Assembly: GCA_000004985.1 (NCBI GenBank)
Contig: GG738845.1
Source of the DNA: Naegleria gruberi
Taxonomy: Eukaryota
Strand: one strand, 5' to 3'
DNA length: 64,000 nt
Part shown: positions 10,157 to 20,450 of the stretch, piece after piece
Numbering within the stretch: the first letter of the stretch is position 1
Layout of the letters: each line of letters begins with the position of its first letter
The notes under the pieces: generated by a model
Told to the model about the DNA's origin: nothing
The model's input: only the letters and a program-made list of their open reading frames with translations
The model's database searches: none
Made by a program: the position numbers and the translations under genes

Positions 10157-11899
10157 ATGCTTCGTTCTGTCGTTAAAGGTGCTTCACATTGTTTGTCAAA
10201 TAAGAATTCATCATCTTTGCTGGTTAGTCAAAGATTGTTGAGATCATCACAACAACATTATTCCACCGGACCAACATTCCAATATGAAGATCTCTTCCAA
10301 GTTGGAAAAGATGGAACTGAATATAGGTTAGTCAGCAAGGATCACATTTCCACCATCTCTGTTAAAGATGAAAAAAGTGGTGAAACCAAGGAAATTTTAA
10401 AAGTTGAACCAGAAGCCCTTTCAAAGATCACACAAGCTGCCATTTCTGATATTCAATATCTTTTACGTCCAGCCCACTTAAAACAACTTTCAAATATTTT
10501 GAAGGATCCAGAGGCTTCCCAAAATGATAGATTTGTAGCCATGACTCTTTTGAAAAATGCAGTTATTGCATCTGGAAGAAAACTTCCTGGTTGTCAAGAC
10601 ACCGGTACTGCTATTGTTATGGGCAAGAAGGGACAATTTGTTTGGACTGATGGAAAGGATGAAAAACATATTTCAGAAGGTGTTTTCAATACATACACCA
10701 AGCAATATTTGCGTTATTCTCAAGTTGCTCCATTAAATATGTACGAGGAAAAGAACACTGCTTGTAACTTGCCAGCTCAAATTGATTTATATGCCACTGA
10801 TGGTGATGAATACAAGTTTTTATTTATTGCTAAAGGTGGAGGTAGTGCCAATAAGACTTATCTTTACCAACAAACAAAGGCATTGTTGAACCCTGCCTCA
10901 CTAATGAAATTCTTGGAAGAAAAAATCAAATCAATTGGTACATCTGCCTGTCCACCATATCACTTGGCTATTGTCATTGGTGGTTTGAGTGCTGAACTCA
11001 CTCTTAAAACTGTCAAATTGGCCAGCACCAAATATTATGATGAATTGCCAACATCTGGTAGTCCAGGTGGTAGAGCTTTCCGTGATGTTGAATTGGAAAA
11101 GGAAATTTTAAAACTGACTCAAAAAATGGGTATTGGTGCTCAATTTGGCGGTAAATATTTCTGTCATGATATTAGAGTTATTCGTTTGCCACGTCATGGT
11201 GCTTCCTGCCCTGTTGGTATTGGTGTCTCTTGTTCTGCTGATAGACAAGTAAAAGGAAAAATTACCAAGGATGGTATCTATTTGGAAAGATTAGAAACTG
11301 ATCCAGCCCAATACCTCCCAGAAGTAAAAGAAAAAGATTTGAGTGAACAAGTTGTCAAGATTGACTTGAATAGACCAATGAAGGATATTTTGAGTGTTCT
11401 GAGCAAATACCCAATCAAGACAAGACTTTCATTGTCTGGTCCATTAATAGTTGCTCGTGATATTGCCCATGCTAAATTGAAGGAAAGACTTGATAGAGGA
11501 GAAGGTTTGCCAGATTATGTCAAAAATCATATTATTTATTATGCTGGTCCAGCCAAGACTCCTGAAGGATATGCCTCAGGTTCTTTCGGTCCAACCACTG
11601 CAGGTAGAATGGACTCATATGTAGACCTCTTCCAAAAGAATGGTGGTAGTTTAATCACTTTGGCTAAGGGTAACAGATCTCGTGAAGTCACTAAAGCTTG
11701 TTCTGAAAATGGTGGCTTCTATTTGGGATCTATTGGTGGTCCAGCTGCTATCTTGGCTGCTAATAACATCAAGAAGGTTGAAGTTGTTGAATATGCTGAG
11801 TTAGGTATGGAAGCTATCTGGAAGATTGAAGTTGAAGATTTCCCTGCATTCATTATTGTTGATGACAAGGGTGCTGACTTTTTCAAGGATTTGAACTAA
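10157..11899 (+). CDS. Class I fumarate hydratase (Fe-S dependent, FumA/FumB type, fused alpha and beta domains) with an N-terminal mitochondrial-type presequence
   Basis: The ATG at 10157 follows AAAAAAA. The 580-aa product has the class I fumarase N-terminal catalytic domain and a C-terminal beta domain (...[11 protein letters not shown]..., ...[14 protein letters not shown]..., ...[26 protein letters not shown]...). The presequence is Arg/Ser-rich ([36 protein letters not shown]). Confidence 0.9.
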   Translation: MLRSVVKGASHCLSNKNSSSLLVSQRLLRSSQQHYSTGPTFQYEDLFQVGKDGTEYRLVSKDHISTISVKDEKSGETKEILKVEPEALSKITQAAISDIQYLLRPAHLKQLSNILKDPEASQNDRFVAMTLLKNAVIASGRKLPGCQDTGTAIVMGKKGQFVWTDGKDEKHISEGVFNTYTKQYLRYSQVAPLNMYEEKNTACNLPAQIDLYATDGDEYKFLFIAKGGGSANKTYLYQQTKALLNPASLMKFLEEKIKSIGTSACPPYHLAIVIGGLSAELTLKTVKLASTKYYDELPTSGSPGGRAFRDVELEKEILKLTQKMGIGAQFGGKYFCHDIRVIRLPRHGASCPVGIGVSCSADRQVKGKITKDGIYLERLETDPAQYLPEVKEKDLSEQVVKIDLNRPMKDILSVLSKYPIKTRLSLSGPLIVARDIAHAKLKERLDRGEGLPDYVKNHIIYYAGPAKTPEGYASGSFGPTTAGRMDSYVDLFQKNGGSLITLAKGNRSREVTKACSENGGFYLGSIGGPAAILAANNIKKVEVVEYAELGMEAIWKIEVEDFPAFIIVDDKGADFFKDLN

Positions 11900-11961
11900 A
11901 TTTTCCCACCAATTTTCTTTCCTATTGCGTGTTTTTTAGAAATAAAACTATTGTTTTAGTG

Positions 11962-12270
11962 TTAGTTTTTATCCCTTAGTAAATTTTTTTGTGACTTGAA
12001 CCAACTTTGGCCACTCCATAAAAGTTCCATAATCAGAAGTAGATATGGTCCGTTAAATATCTTGATAGCATAGCAAGTCCACTTCTTCAATTTCTTGTTG
12101 GATATCAGCTTGCTCAGTGGGTCTGATAACAATGGTAGGATTGGAATTTTGGATAAAAGAAATATGTGCTGTTTCAATCGAACTTTTCTTTTCTCTGTCT
12201 GTTGCATACAATTTCGCAGAACTGAGACATTTTCATATTGAACTCCATCCTTAGTTGCCAATTTGTTCAT
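11962..12270 (-). CDS. Questionable 102-aa ORF in the 450-bp gap between the fumarase and CDC16. It could be a small spliced gene or could be spurious.
   Basis: The ORF is open from a genuine ATG. The sequence is low-complexity with no recognisable family. A second frame reads ...EQADIQQEIEEVDLLCYQDI*. An ORF of this length is expected by chance a few times in AT-rich DNA. Confidence 0.15.
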   Translation of the reverse strand: MNKLATKDGVQYENVSVLRNCMQQTEKRKVRLKQHIFLLSKIPILPLLSDPLSKLISNKKLKKWTCYAIKIFNGPYLLLIMELLWSGQSWFKSQKNLLRDKN

Positions 12271-12307
12271 TATTATTGTCGCTTCACCATGATTGTCATC
12301 AAGTAAA

Positions 12308-12320
12308 TTTTCCCGCCAAT
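12308..12320. promoter_or_regulatory. E2F-like element TTTTCCCGCCAAT, 33 bp upstream of the CDC16 ATG
   Basis: A TTTCCCGCC core sits in an AT-rich 80-bp intergenic region. Confidence 0.35.
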
Positions 12321-12352
12321 TTACTTTCTTTTTAAAATATTAATTTAAAAAA

Positions 12353-14313
12353 ATGCAACAATTACCAACAACACCTAGTTTTATTCTGGACTCGATAAAG
12401 AAGAAAGTAGAGTTTTTTATGGATCAACAGGAATATAGGAATGCCATATTTCATGCAGATAAATTATATCATTTAACTTTTCAAAATAAGAGAGATTGGA
12501 GTGTAAACAAAATTGAAAATTATTCCGATAAAGAACACGAAGCAATCTACTTGTTGGCTAAATCTTTCTATGGATCGGGGCAATACAAGAGAGCTTTACA
12601 TTTACTTACATCATCATTTGTAAATTTTTCTCAAACAGCACCAATGGACTGTTTCTTTTTGGCTGCTAAATGTTTGGAAAGATGTGACGATTGGTTGGAA
12701 ATTCTGAGCTTATTAGGCGACAATGATAATGAATTTGAACAAATCTTGGCAAGAAATGGATCTGAAAAGGTTGGTATTTCATTTTTATTACGTAACTACA
12801 ACTTGTAAAGTTTATTGCCAGTTTGTGTTTTTTAAGAGCCAAATCATTTGACATGATTGATAACAAACAGAGAGCAATTACATGGTATTCAAAGACTCTT
12901 GTTAATGACCCAAATTTTTATGAAGCATTTGAGAAATTAGTTGAAAAGAATTTATTGACAAACGCAAGTCAAGTATCACTTTTAAATCAAATTAATTTTT
13001 CCCAAGAGGATCAGTGGGTTAAATACTTTTATGAAACAAAAATTGATAGATATAGCTTTGTTATTGAAAATAGTAAGACTGCTCTTAAAAAATTGAGCGT
13101 GGAATATAACTTGTCTAAAAATCATGATGTAAGATGCAGTGAAGCAGAAAGGCACTTTTATTCCCAAAGATTCAATCAAGCTTATGACATTACCAAGCAA
13201 ATTATTGAAGAAGATCCATACAATCAGACGTGTTTACCAATTCATATTCTTACTTTGATTGAACTCAATAAGAAAAGTGAATTATTTTCACTTTCACACA
13301 AATTAGTTGATGATTATAAGGAATCGGCTGTTTCTTGGTTTGCCGTAGCTTGTTACTATTACAGCATTAAAAAATTCGCATCAGCACGGTCTTACTTTAC
13401 GTAAGTATATTCTCATAAGAAGGGTATTGATTGTAAACTCTTGTTACAAAAACTAAATTGAACAACTAGAAAGGCAACTAATCAAAATCCTCACTTTTTG
13501 GAAGCTTGGTTAGGCATTGGACATTGTTTTTCTGGTGATGTAAGTACAAGCAAATACCCTTTGTAAATAATTAAACTTTTCAAAAAGAATGAACCAGATC
13601 AAGCAATGGCAGCTTATAGAACAGCTTATAGATTGTTTACTGGAAGTCATTTACCGCCTCTGTATATTGGGATGGAACATATGAAAATTAACAATCTTAC
13701 ACTAGCTCAAAAATTTATTGAGCAAGCCCTAACAATATGTCCAACAGATCCCCTAGTACATAACGAGTTGGGTATGATTTGCTACAAGTGGAAGCTCTAT
13801 GATGAGGCCAAAAAACATTTTGAGAAAGCCTTACGACTTAATCCAAGAAAAGATGATTACTCGAGTAGTGAAGGAGTTATTACAAACCAATACTCATCAC
13901 ATTTTGTAGATAATGATAATAACCTAGTTGTTCAAATGTGGGAACCCATCCTTTTCAATTTGGCCAATACTTATAGAAAATTGAAACAATATGAACCAGC
14001 ATTAATCAATTACAAAAAGTGTCTGAGTTTACAACCAAAAAATGCCTCAATATACTCTGCTATTGGTCAAACATACCATTTACAACAATACAGTGGCAGC
14101 TCCAATTTACACACAGCTATAGAGTACTACCACAAGGCGCTTGCCCTTCAGCCAGATCATTCATTTACAGCAACAATGCTAAGTAAGGCACTAATTCAAA
14201 TATCCAGTCAATCACTGGAATATTTATTACAAGTTGAAGAACTGAGTGATGAAATGCAATACTCAATAGAGGAAGATGAAAATGCAAAACTCAATCAAGT
14301 TGTTCATCATTAA
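12353..14313 (+). CDS. CDC16: Anaphase-promoting complex subunit 6 (CDC16/APC6). Exons at about 12353-12804, about 12822-13400, 13470-13539 and 13588-14313.
   Basis: Three ORF-track fragments (12353-12808, 12823-13404, 13606-14313) plus a 23-codon exon all match human CDC16 block by block. Examples are LDSIKKKVEFFMDQQEYRNAIFHADKLYHL, CLPIHILTLIELNKKSELFSLSHKLVDDYKESAVSWFAVACYY, HLPPLYIGMEHMKINNLTLAQKF and WEPILFNLANTYRKLKQYEPALINYKKCLSLQPKNASIYSAIG. The introns 13401-13469 (GTAAGT..CTAG) and 13540-13587 (GTAAGT..AAAG) restore the frame. The first junction, near 12800-12837, is anomalous; see the findings. Confidence 0.85.
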
Positions 14314-14361
14314 TTGACTATCACCAGAAAACCCGTGTTAGAAATAAATTAATTCTTTTAA

Positions 14362-16047
14362 TTAGAGATTTTTCAAAACTTCATTCAAAGTTTGGAGGAA
14401 GATATTAGCATGATATTGGTGGAAGACTAACATTGGTCTGAGACGAATGGTGTTTGAACCACAAGCACCAGCTTCGACACCTCTGTGGAGCATTTGTTTC
14501 AATAATTCTCCTTGCTTGTTAGAATCGAAAGCAATGAAAGTACCAACACCTCTAACATTATCAATCTTTCCTGGATATCTTTGAGACAATTCTTGCAAAT
14601 GCTTCATCATGTAAGCACCAGTTTCATTGACCAATGACAAGAGATTATCTTTTTCAATAACATCAATAACATGACCAAATTGGATAGCACGGGTGTAATC
14701 ACCAAGCCAAGTATTGAAAATTCTGTATGGCATGTCAATCTTGAATTCTGGACGATGGAAAATACCAGCAGTTTGACACTTTTTGGAGAAACAGACGATA
14801 TCAGGACCATTTTCACCCAAACCCCATTGTTCATGAGCCCAGAAAGTACCAGTAGCACAGACACCAGTTTGAACTTCGTCACAAATAAAGGCAACATTAT
14901 TTTCCTTAGTAATTCTTCTCAATTCTCTGAAGAAATATGGCAAAGCATGTCTGTCACCACCTTCGGATTGGATAGGTTCAACAACCAAACCAGCAACATC
15001 ACCCCAAGGTGAGTTGGTTGAGTGGGAGAGTTTGATAGTCTTTTCAACTTCTTCCAAACATCTGTCCATTTCCTTCTTATTTTCAACTTCATGTTCACTC
15101 AATGGATATTTCAATTGAGGGAAGTCACAAACTGGCCAGTTGAAAGATGGGAAATCAACTTTGTGAATAGCCTTGCTGTGGGTGGCAGTAAGAGATCCAA
15201 GAGTTCTACCGTGGAATGATGCTTTGAAGGACAAAATTGACAAGTTTGGTGTACCTGGAGCATTGTTGAGAACAGAAGAGTCCATTTCTTGTTGGGATGG
15301 TGACTTGCCACCTCTTTGCAATTGACGATATCTACAGAAAGCAGTCTTGTAAGCATTTTCGTTACTATAGTCAAAATGAAAATTAGTTCAATTTCACAAA
15401 TTGAAACTTACGCTTCAGCTCCTGATGACAATGTAACAACATCAGTCATACCCTTTGGCATAACTCTAACAAATGATTCATTAAGAATGTCAATATAATT
15501 GTGTGGTGGATTGATACCCAAACTTGGTCTATTCAAGAAGCTGGTAGCATATCTGGAATCAGTTTGGAATTTTTCAATGAGATATGGATGGTTGTAACCG
15601 AGAGGGAGAGCAGAAATTTGAGTGAAAGTATCCAAAATAACATTGTCATCAGCATCAACAACAAAGTTACCCTTGCTCTTTTCAAAGTTAGCAACAAAGT
15701 GAGCAGTTCTCATATCCTAAATTAAATAATAAATATTTTCAATTTCCACAACGATTCTACATACCTGAATTTTGTTCATTCTCTCAACAAGTTCTTTGCT
15801 CTTTGGACCTGGACGTTCAGCAGATACCAATTTAATATTGTCATATTCTCCTGGGACATAATCTGGTTTCTTGGCATCGTTCAAAGCCAAAGTAAAGTTA
15901 CGTTGGCAAGCTAATCAAAATCCACAATATTTATAACATATTTTCCTACTATAAAAATCATCTGCAGCATCATAACTTACCCTTCTTTGCCAAAGTGGAG
16001 GTAGCCTTCTTTTGAGCAGCGTAAAGGATTGTCTTGTTTGCAAGCAT
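14362..16047 (-). CDS. ABAT: 4-aminobutyrate aminotransferase (GABA transaminase), mitochondrial. Four exons: 16047-15981, 15910-15765, 15716-15412, 15364-14362.
   Basis: The sequence matches human ABAT closely (FNWPVCDFPQLKYPLSEH..., IVEPIQSEGGDRHA, RIFNTWLGD, NENAYKTAFCRYRQLQ, KLVSAERPGPKSKELVERMNKIQ). The introns are 15911-15980 (GTAAGT..ATTAG), 15717-15764 (GTATGT..TTTAG) and 15365-15411 (GTAAGT..CTATAG), and all are frame-consistent. Exon 1 (MLANKTILYAAQKKATSTLAKK) looks like a mitochondrial presequence. Confidence 0.85.
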
Positions 16048-16407
16048 TTTTTTCAACGAAGAAATTTTATTGGATCACCATCTTGAATCAATTCTATCCG
16101 ATTATTCAACGTTCTTTGAGAGTATTATTAAGGTCTTTTATGTTTTAGGATGAATTATTTTGTGCTGAGGTGATTTCAAAATAAAGAGAAACAAAATAAT
16201 TAATATGACAATTAATTGGAATAAGCTGAAATATTTGGTATTTCGAAAAAAATTACAAAAAAATTAAAAATAAATTAAAAAAAAACCCTACAGCATTTAT
16301 CACTCCTTCAGTCAGTGGTGTTTGTTGTTCAACTGATCAAAAACATCGCGCCTTGTACAAACTTCAAAAAATTATTTATTTATCATTATTATCTGTCGGA
16401 AAAAGGA

Positions 16408-19400
16408 ATGAGCAATAATCCACAAAATCCTTTTCAGAGAGGAGCTCCTGTGAATGCTCCAGGTACTTTTATACCATCTCCTAGGCTCTCCCCTCAAAAT
16501 AATAATTCACGAAATGTCACTCTACCACCACAACCTGTATCCTACTCAAGTAGCATTATGACATTAATTCCTCTTGATGCACCAGATGAATGGGATAAAC
16601 TGTTATCACAATGTTGGACAACACTTTGTGAGGAAATACAATTGCAACAAATAAGAAAAGATGAAAACTTGATATTAACAAAATTACAGGAAAAAAACTT
16701 TCCACCAAACAATAAGGTACCAATGTATGGCTTATTGTATGGAATATTAACAGCAGAAGATGCTACCCAATCTGGAATATTCTTTAGAATTTTAAACGCA
16801 ATTGTCCATGACCATAAGACTTTAAGTGATGAATTGAAAAAGTTTATAGAATCTAAATTTTACAAACTTCAGGATCCAATAACAGAAAGAATAGCAACAT
16901 TTTTGAATGATTGTATCAAAATTAATCCTCAATTTGATGCACCTTTCATTTCACTTGTTAAAAATATGAAAACCTACGAGTTTACGAAGAGAAATCTGAC
17001 TCTTGCCGATAAAATTTTGGACATTTGCTACCAAAATAAGGAATGGATTTATGCGAATGCCAAAGTTTTAATGAAAGTTTTGTATAGTTTCTTGAGAATG
17101 ATTGAGGATATGAAAATTTTTGGTGTGGATCGTCAGTATGAAGCTCTAATGAGAAAACAACTTCAATTGGTTGAAGATATAATCAGAGACAATTTACAAA
17201 AGGAGGCTATTCAATCTATGGGACGTGATTTTGTCAGAGTTGTTTATAGTCTTGCTAAGAAATACAAAGTGAGTGATAGTATGGAAAAACTTTTAGGAAA
17301 TCAAGATTTTTTAAAGATTATGAACTACCCTTCTTCATCACGCGTTTTAGATTGCAGAATTAGCCATGATATGTACACGCAAATTTCATTTTTAATAAGT
17401 AATGTCAAATTTGGTAATCAAAAAAGATATCAATCATGGTTTGCACAAAGATTTTTTGCAACTCCAGAAAGTGAAGCAGTTATTCCTGACTTGGTTCGTT
17501 ATATTAATTGTGTCTATCACCCACCTCATGAGTCTATGCCTAGATGGGCAGTACTAGGTTGGTTATTAAAATCTGTAAAGAATGAGAAGATTTTGGAAAA
17601 TACCAAACTAGCGATTGTTTATGATTTATTATTTACTATATCAAGTGATATGAATGAAGAGTTTGTAAAGAACATTGTTTCTCCAACATTCTTAATCCTT
17701 TCCAACAATGTTGGTAAATACCCAGAAATTACAAATTCCCTTCTAGACTTTATTTTCTACTTTATTGAAAGAACAGATCAATATTTACATTTAACCAAAC
17801 AACAGATTATTGGTTCATTACAGACCTGTACTCAAAAATTTGGTGCCAGTCATATTGCAACTGTAATAGAAAAAACTGATAATGAGAGAAGAGAAAGAGT
17901 TAAGAAATATTTCACAATCCAAAGTACACCACAAGTACAACCACCAGTTACTGTTACTCCTCTTCAAATACCTGAGGGAGCTCAATCAAATTCAAACAAT
18001 AAGTCCCCAACTCTCTCTCCATCAAAGATACCACCAAGCGCAAAGCAACCATCACAACAAACAAACCCTCCATCATCCGTTGATCCAACCAAGAACAATC
18101 CTCCTCTGGCTGTCAAAACAAATAATAGATCTGGCACAACTCCTTTAGCTCCAGTTTCTGTAAAATCTCCAACCTCACCATCAAGACAGCCATTTGCCTC
18201 TATTTCAAAAGAAACTGATAATAAGACTATTCGAGAATTGATTGAAGAAACCACAAAGACAGCAACTAACAAAACCAAATTTTTGGAATCGTTTGAACCA
18301 CTCATATCAAATCTTACCAAGCAAGTCGGTGACTATTATGACTCAATTTCGTCAACTAAACAAGAAGATAAAGAGGTAGAGGAACTAAGAAAGACTTGTA
18401 ATCAAACAATCAAGGAAGTTGTGGAGTTTTTCTCCAATAATGTCCTCAATCAACAACCTACAGATATTCAAGCTTTTGCCACATTTATCATGAGACTAGT
18501 TAGTTTTGAAATGTTGGCCCAAACACAATCAAATACATACAACCTACAACAAGGAAATCCTTCAGCAGTTATTGTACAAACCATTCTTAAAGAGCGTGCA
18601 GAAGATGAGAAAAAACATTTTGAAAAATGTTTACTTAGAAATCAATCAACTTTATTGTGTTGTCTTTTGGATGAAATTTGTACTAGAGTTCTATCATATC
18701 TTGGTAATCAAAACAAGGAAGCTTCATCAGCTGAAAAGAATAGAATTGCTAAATTGAAAGAAAAATTCTCCCATCTTGTCAAATTCATGTACAAGACGGA
18801 CATGTCACTTGGATATAGACTACTTTGTTTTTATGTCAGTAAGATTTACAATGATAAGATACAAGCATTGGATTTGCTTAAACCAACAAGCACTGATCCA
18901 TTTATTAACATTTTAATATTCAGTAACCACTATAAGTACAAATCGGGATATTCTGTATTTTATGATTGGACACTTGGTGCTCGGAAATCCAGTACCGAAG
19001 GAGCTCAAACACAAGATCAGGTTTTTATCAAAGATTTATCAACTTGCTTGGAAGATAATCATCTTCTTTTTATTAATTTGTTGCCAATTATTTCTAGAGA
19101 TTTTTCTCATTATATTCAAAAGAATAAGGAAGAATTTTTCAAATTAATCATAACCAAGTTACATCCATACGAACTGCAGCATGTTAACACATTTGTCCAA
19201 AATGGAAAACTTAAAATTTTATTCTCGCAAGGAAAAGCGAAGAAGGCTTCGGGTTCTGCTCAAACAAACCTGAATGGATTAGATTATATCTCTCAGGCGA
19301 TAGTAATGATTCAAAATCTGAATGATCACTTCTCAGACGATTACGAACACCAAATGTTTTGGACTTTACTCTCTAATGAAATCTGCTATAATCATACACT

Positions 19401-20382
19401 CTTCTGTATCAATCAAACAGAAGAGGAAAGCGAAAAGAAGACCAGCCAACAACAACAACAAGTAGGTCTCTATTACAAATTCCCAATATCCCAATTCATC
19501 ATTTCTCTCCTAAATACTTTATCTCAACATGAAGTTTATTCTGATATTCTTCTAACTCTTGTACAAAGACTTACAGCTATTAATCCTGACGGAGAGGCTT
19601 TGTTTAGCTATGAATTCATTCAATACGTAATGACGTTACCATTTGAAAAGTATACTACTTTCCCTTCAACCCTTTTGCATCACTATTTACAGTGCCAATA
19701 TATCAAAAATGATGGTTTCCTTCTTGAAGTTACTGAAAAGCATATTATTGGCGTTCTACAGGAATATCTTGAAAAGATGAACGACAAGAATGCCGAAACT
19801 TGTCAAGATATTCTTATGCATCTCTATTATATGAAACTTTTAACCAATCACTCACTTCACTATATGTCTTCAAACACCAATAATCATTACTTACTTTTTG
19901 AATGCGAAAATTTCCTCAAACAGATCAGAAAGATTAAGGGTCAATTGTCAAGTAAGAATGAAAAGATGAAGTTTATATTTACACAATTGATAGGAGATTT
20001 CGACCAGGGAGAAAATGAAGAAGATATCAACGAAGCAACCACTGATGATGCTGACGTCAAGATGACAGAAAAAACAGAGGAAGAAAAGGAAGAAGAAGAA
20101 TCTCCAAAGCCTCCAAGAAGTGCCAGAAACAAAAGAAATAAGAAAGTAGAGGTTAGTGAGGATGAAGAGGAGGTAGAAGAAGACGAAGAACAAAACAGTC
20201 AGGAAGAAGATGATGAAGAAACAAAACCTAAAAAGAGAAAAGTCACAAAGGAACAAAACGAGGAAGAACAAGAAAATGATGAGACCATTGAAGAAGAAAT
20301 ATCAGAAGATGAAGAAACCAAAGTTTTGAACAATATCAAGTCCAAGAGAAGAGGCTTTGTCAGAAGAAAGAAGGTAAAATAA
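16408..20382 (+). CDS. Large uncharacterised protein of about 1,320 aa. It has helical-repeat-like N- and C-terminal halves, a Ser/Pro/Thr-rich linker and a strongly acidic, Lys-rich C-terminal tail with NLS-like KKRK.
   Basis: The genuine ATG at 16408 (MSNNPQNPFQRG...) lies inside the longer ORF-track frame 16315-20382. The reading frame is uninterrupted. The tail reads ...EEEKEEEESPKPPRSARNKRNKKVEVSEDEEEVEEDEEQNSQEEDDEETKPKKRKV.... I could not recognise any family. Confidence 0.55.
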   Translation: MSNNPQNPFQRGAPVNAPGTFIPSPRLSPQNNNSRNVTLPPQPVSYSSSIMTLIPLDAPDEWDKLLSQCWTTLCEEIQLQQIRKDENLILTKLQEKNFPPNNKVPMYGLLYGILTAEDATQSGIFFRILNAIVHDHKTLSDELKKFIESKFYKLQDPITERIATFLNDCIKINPQFDAPFISLVKNMKTYEFTKRNLTLADKILDICYQNKEWIYANAKVLMKVLYSFLRMIEDMKIFGVDRQYEALMRKQLQLVEDIIRDNLQKEAIQSMGRDFVRVVYSLAKKYKVSDSMEKLLGNQDFLKIMNYPSSSRVLDCRISHDMYTQISFLISNVKFGNQKRYQSWFAQRFFATPESEAVIPDLVRYINCVYHPPHESMPRWAVLGWLLKSVKNEKILENTKLAIVYDLLFTISSDMNEEFVKNIVSPTFLILSNNVGKYPEITNSLLDFIFYFIERTDQYLHLTKQQIIGSLQTCTQKFGASHIATVIEKTDNERRERVKKYFTIQSTPQVQPPVTVTPLQIPEGAQSNSNNKSPTLSPSKIPPSAKQPSQQTNPPSSVDPTKNNPPLAVKTNNRSGTTPLAPVSVKSPTSPSRQPFASISKETDNKTIRELIEETTKTATNKTKFLESFEPLISNLTKQVGDYYDSISSTKQEDKEVEELRKTCNQTIKEVVEFFSNNVLNQQPTDIQAFATFIMRLVSFEMLAQTQSNTYNLQQGNPSAVIVQTILKERAEDEKKHFEKCLLRNQSTLLCCLLDEICTRVLSYLGNQNKEASSAEKNRIAKLKEKFSHLVKFMYKTDMSLGYRLLCFYVSKIYNDKIQALDLLKPTSTDPFINILIFSNHYKYKSGYSVFYDWTLGARKSSTEGAQTQDQVFIKDLSTCLEDNHLLFINLLPIISRDFSHYIQKNKEEFFKLIITKLHPYELQHVNTFVQNGKLKILFSQGKAKKASGSAQTNLNGLDYISQAIVMIQNLNDHFSDDYEHQMFWTLLSNEICYNHTLFCINQTEEESEKKTSQQQQQVGLYYKFPISQFIISLLNTLSQHEVYSDILLTLVQRLTAINPDGEALFSYEFIQYVMTLPFEKYTTFPSTLLHHYLQCQYIKNDGFLLEVTEKHIIGVLQEYLEKMNDKNAETCQDILMHLYYMKLLTNHSLHYMSSNTNNHYLLFECENFLKQIRKIKGQLSSKNEKMKFIFTQLIGDFDQGENEEDINEATTDDADVKMTEKTEEEKEEEESPKPPRSARNKRNKKVEVSEDEEEVEEDEEQNSQEEDDEETKPKKRKVTKEQNEEEQENDETIEEEISEDEETKVLNNIKSKRRGFVRRKKVK

Positions 20383-20383
20383 A

Positions 20384-20395
20384 TTTGGCGCCAAA
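20384..20395. promoter_or_regulatory. Perfect palindromic E2F consensus TTTGGCGCCAAA, 55 bp upstream of the ATG at 20451
   Basis: This is the textbook optimal E2F/DP site, sitting in a 68-bp intergenic spacer. Confidence 0.45.
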
Positions 20396-20450
20396 TTTTA
20401 AAAATAAAACAGTTACGCTTGTTTAAAAGCAATAAAAAAAGCAAAAAAAA

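Noticed and set aside
11985-12015. A GGTTCAAGTC T-loop-like motif on the minus strand, hinting at a tRNA
   Set aside because: The flanking sequence cannot form an acceptor stem, D arm or anticodon arm. No other tRNA-like cloverleaf was found by eye.
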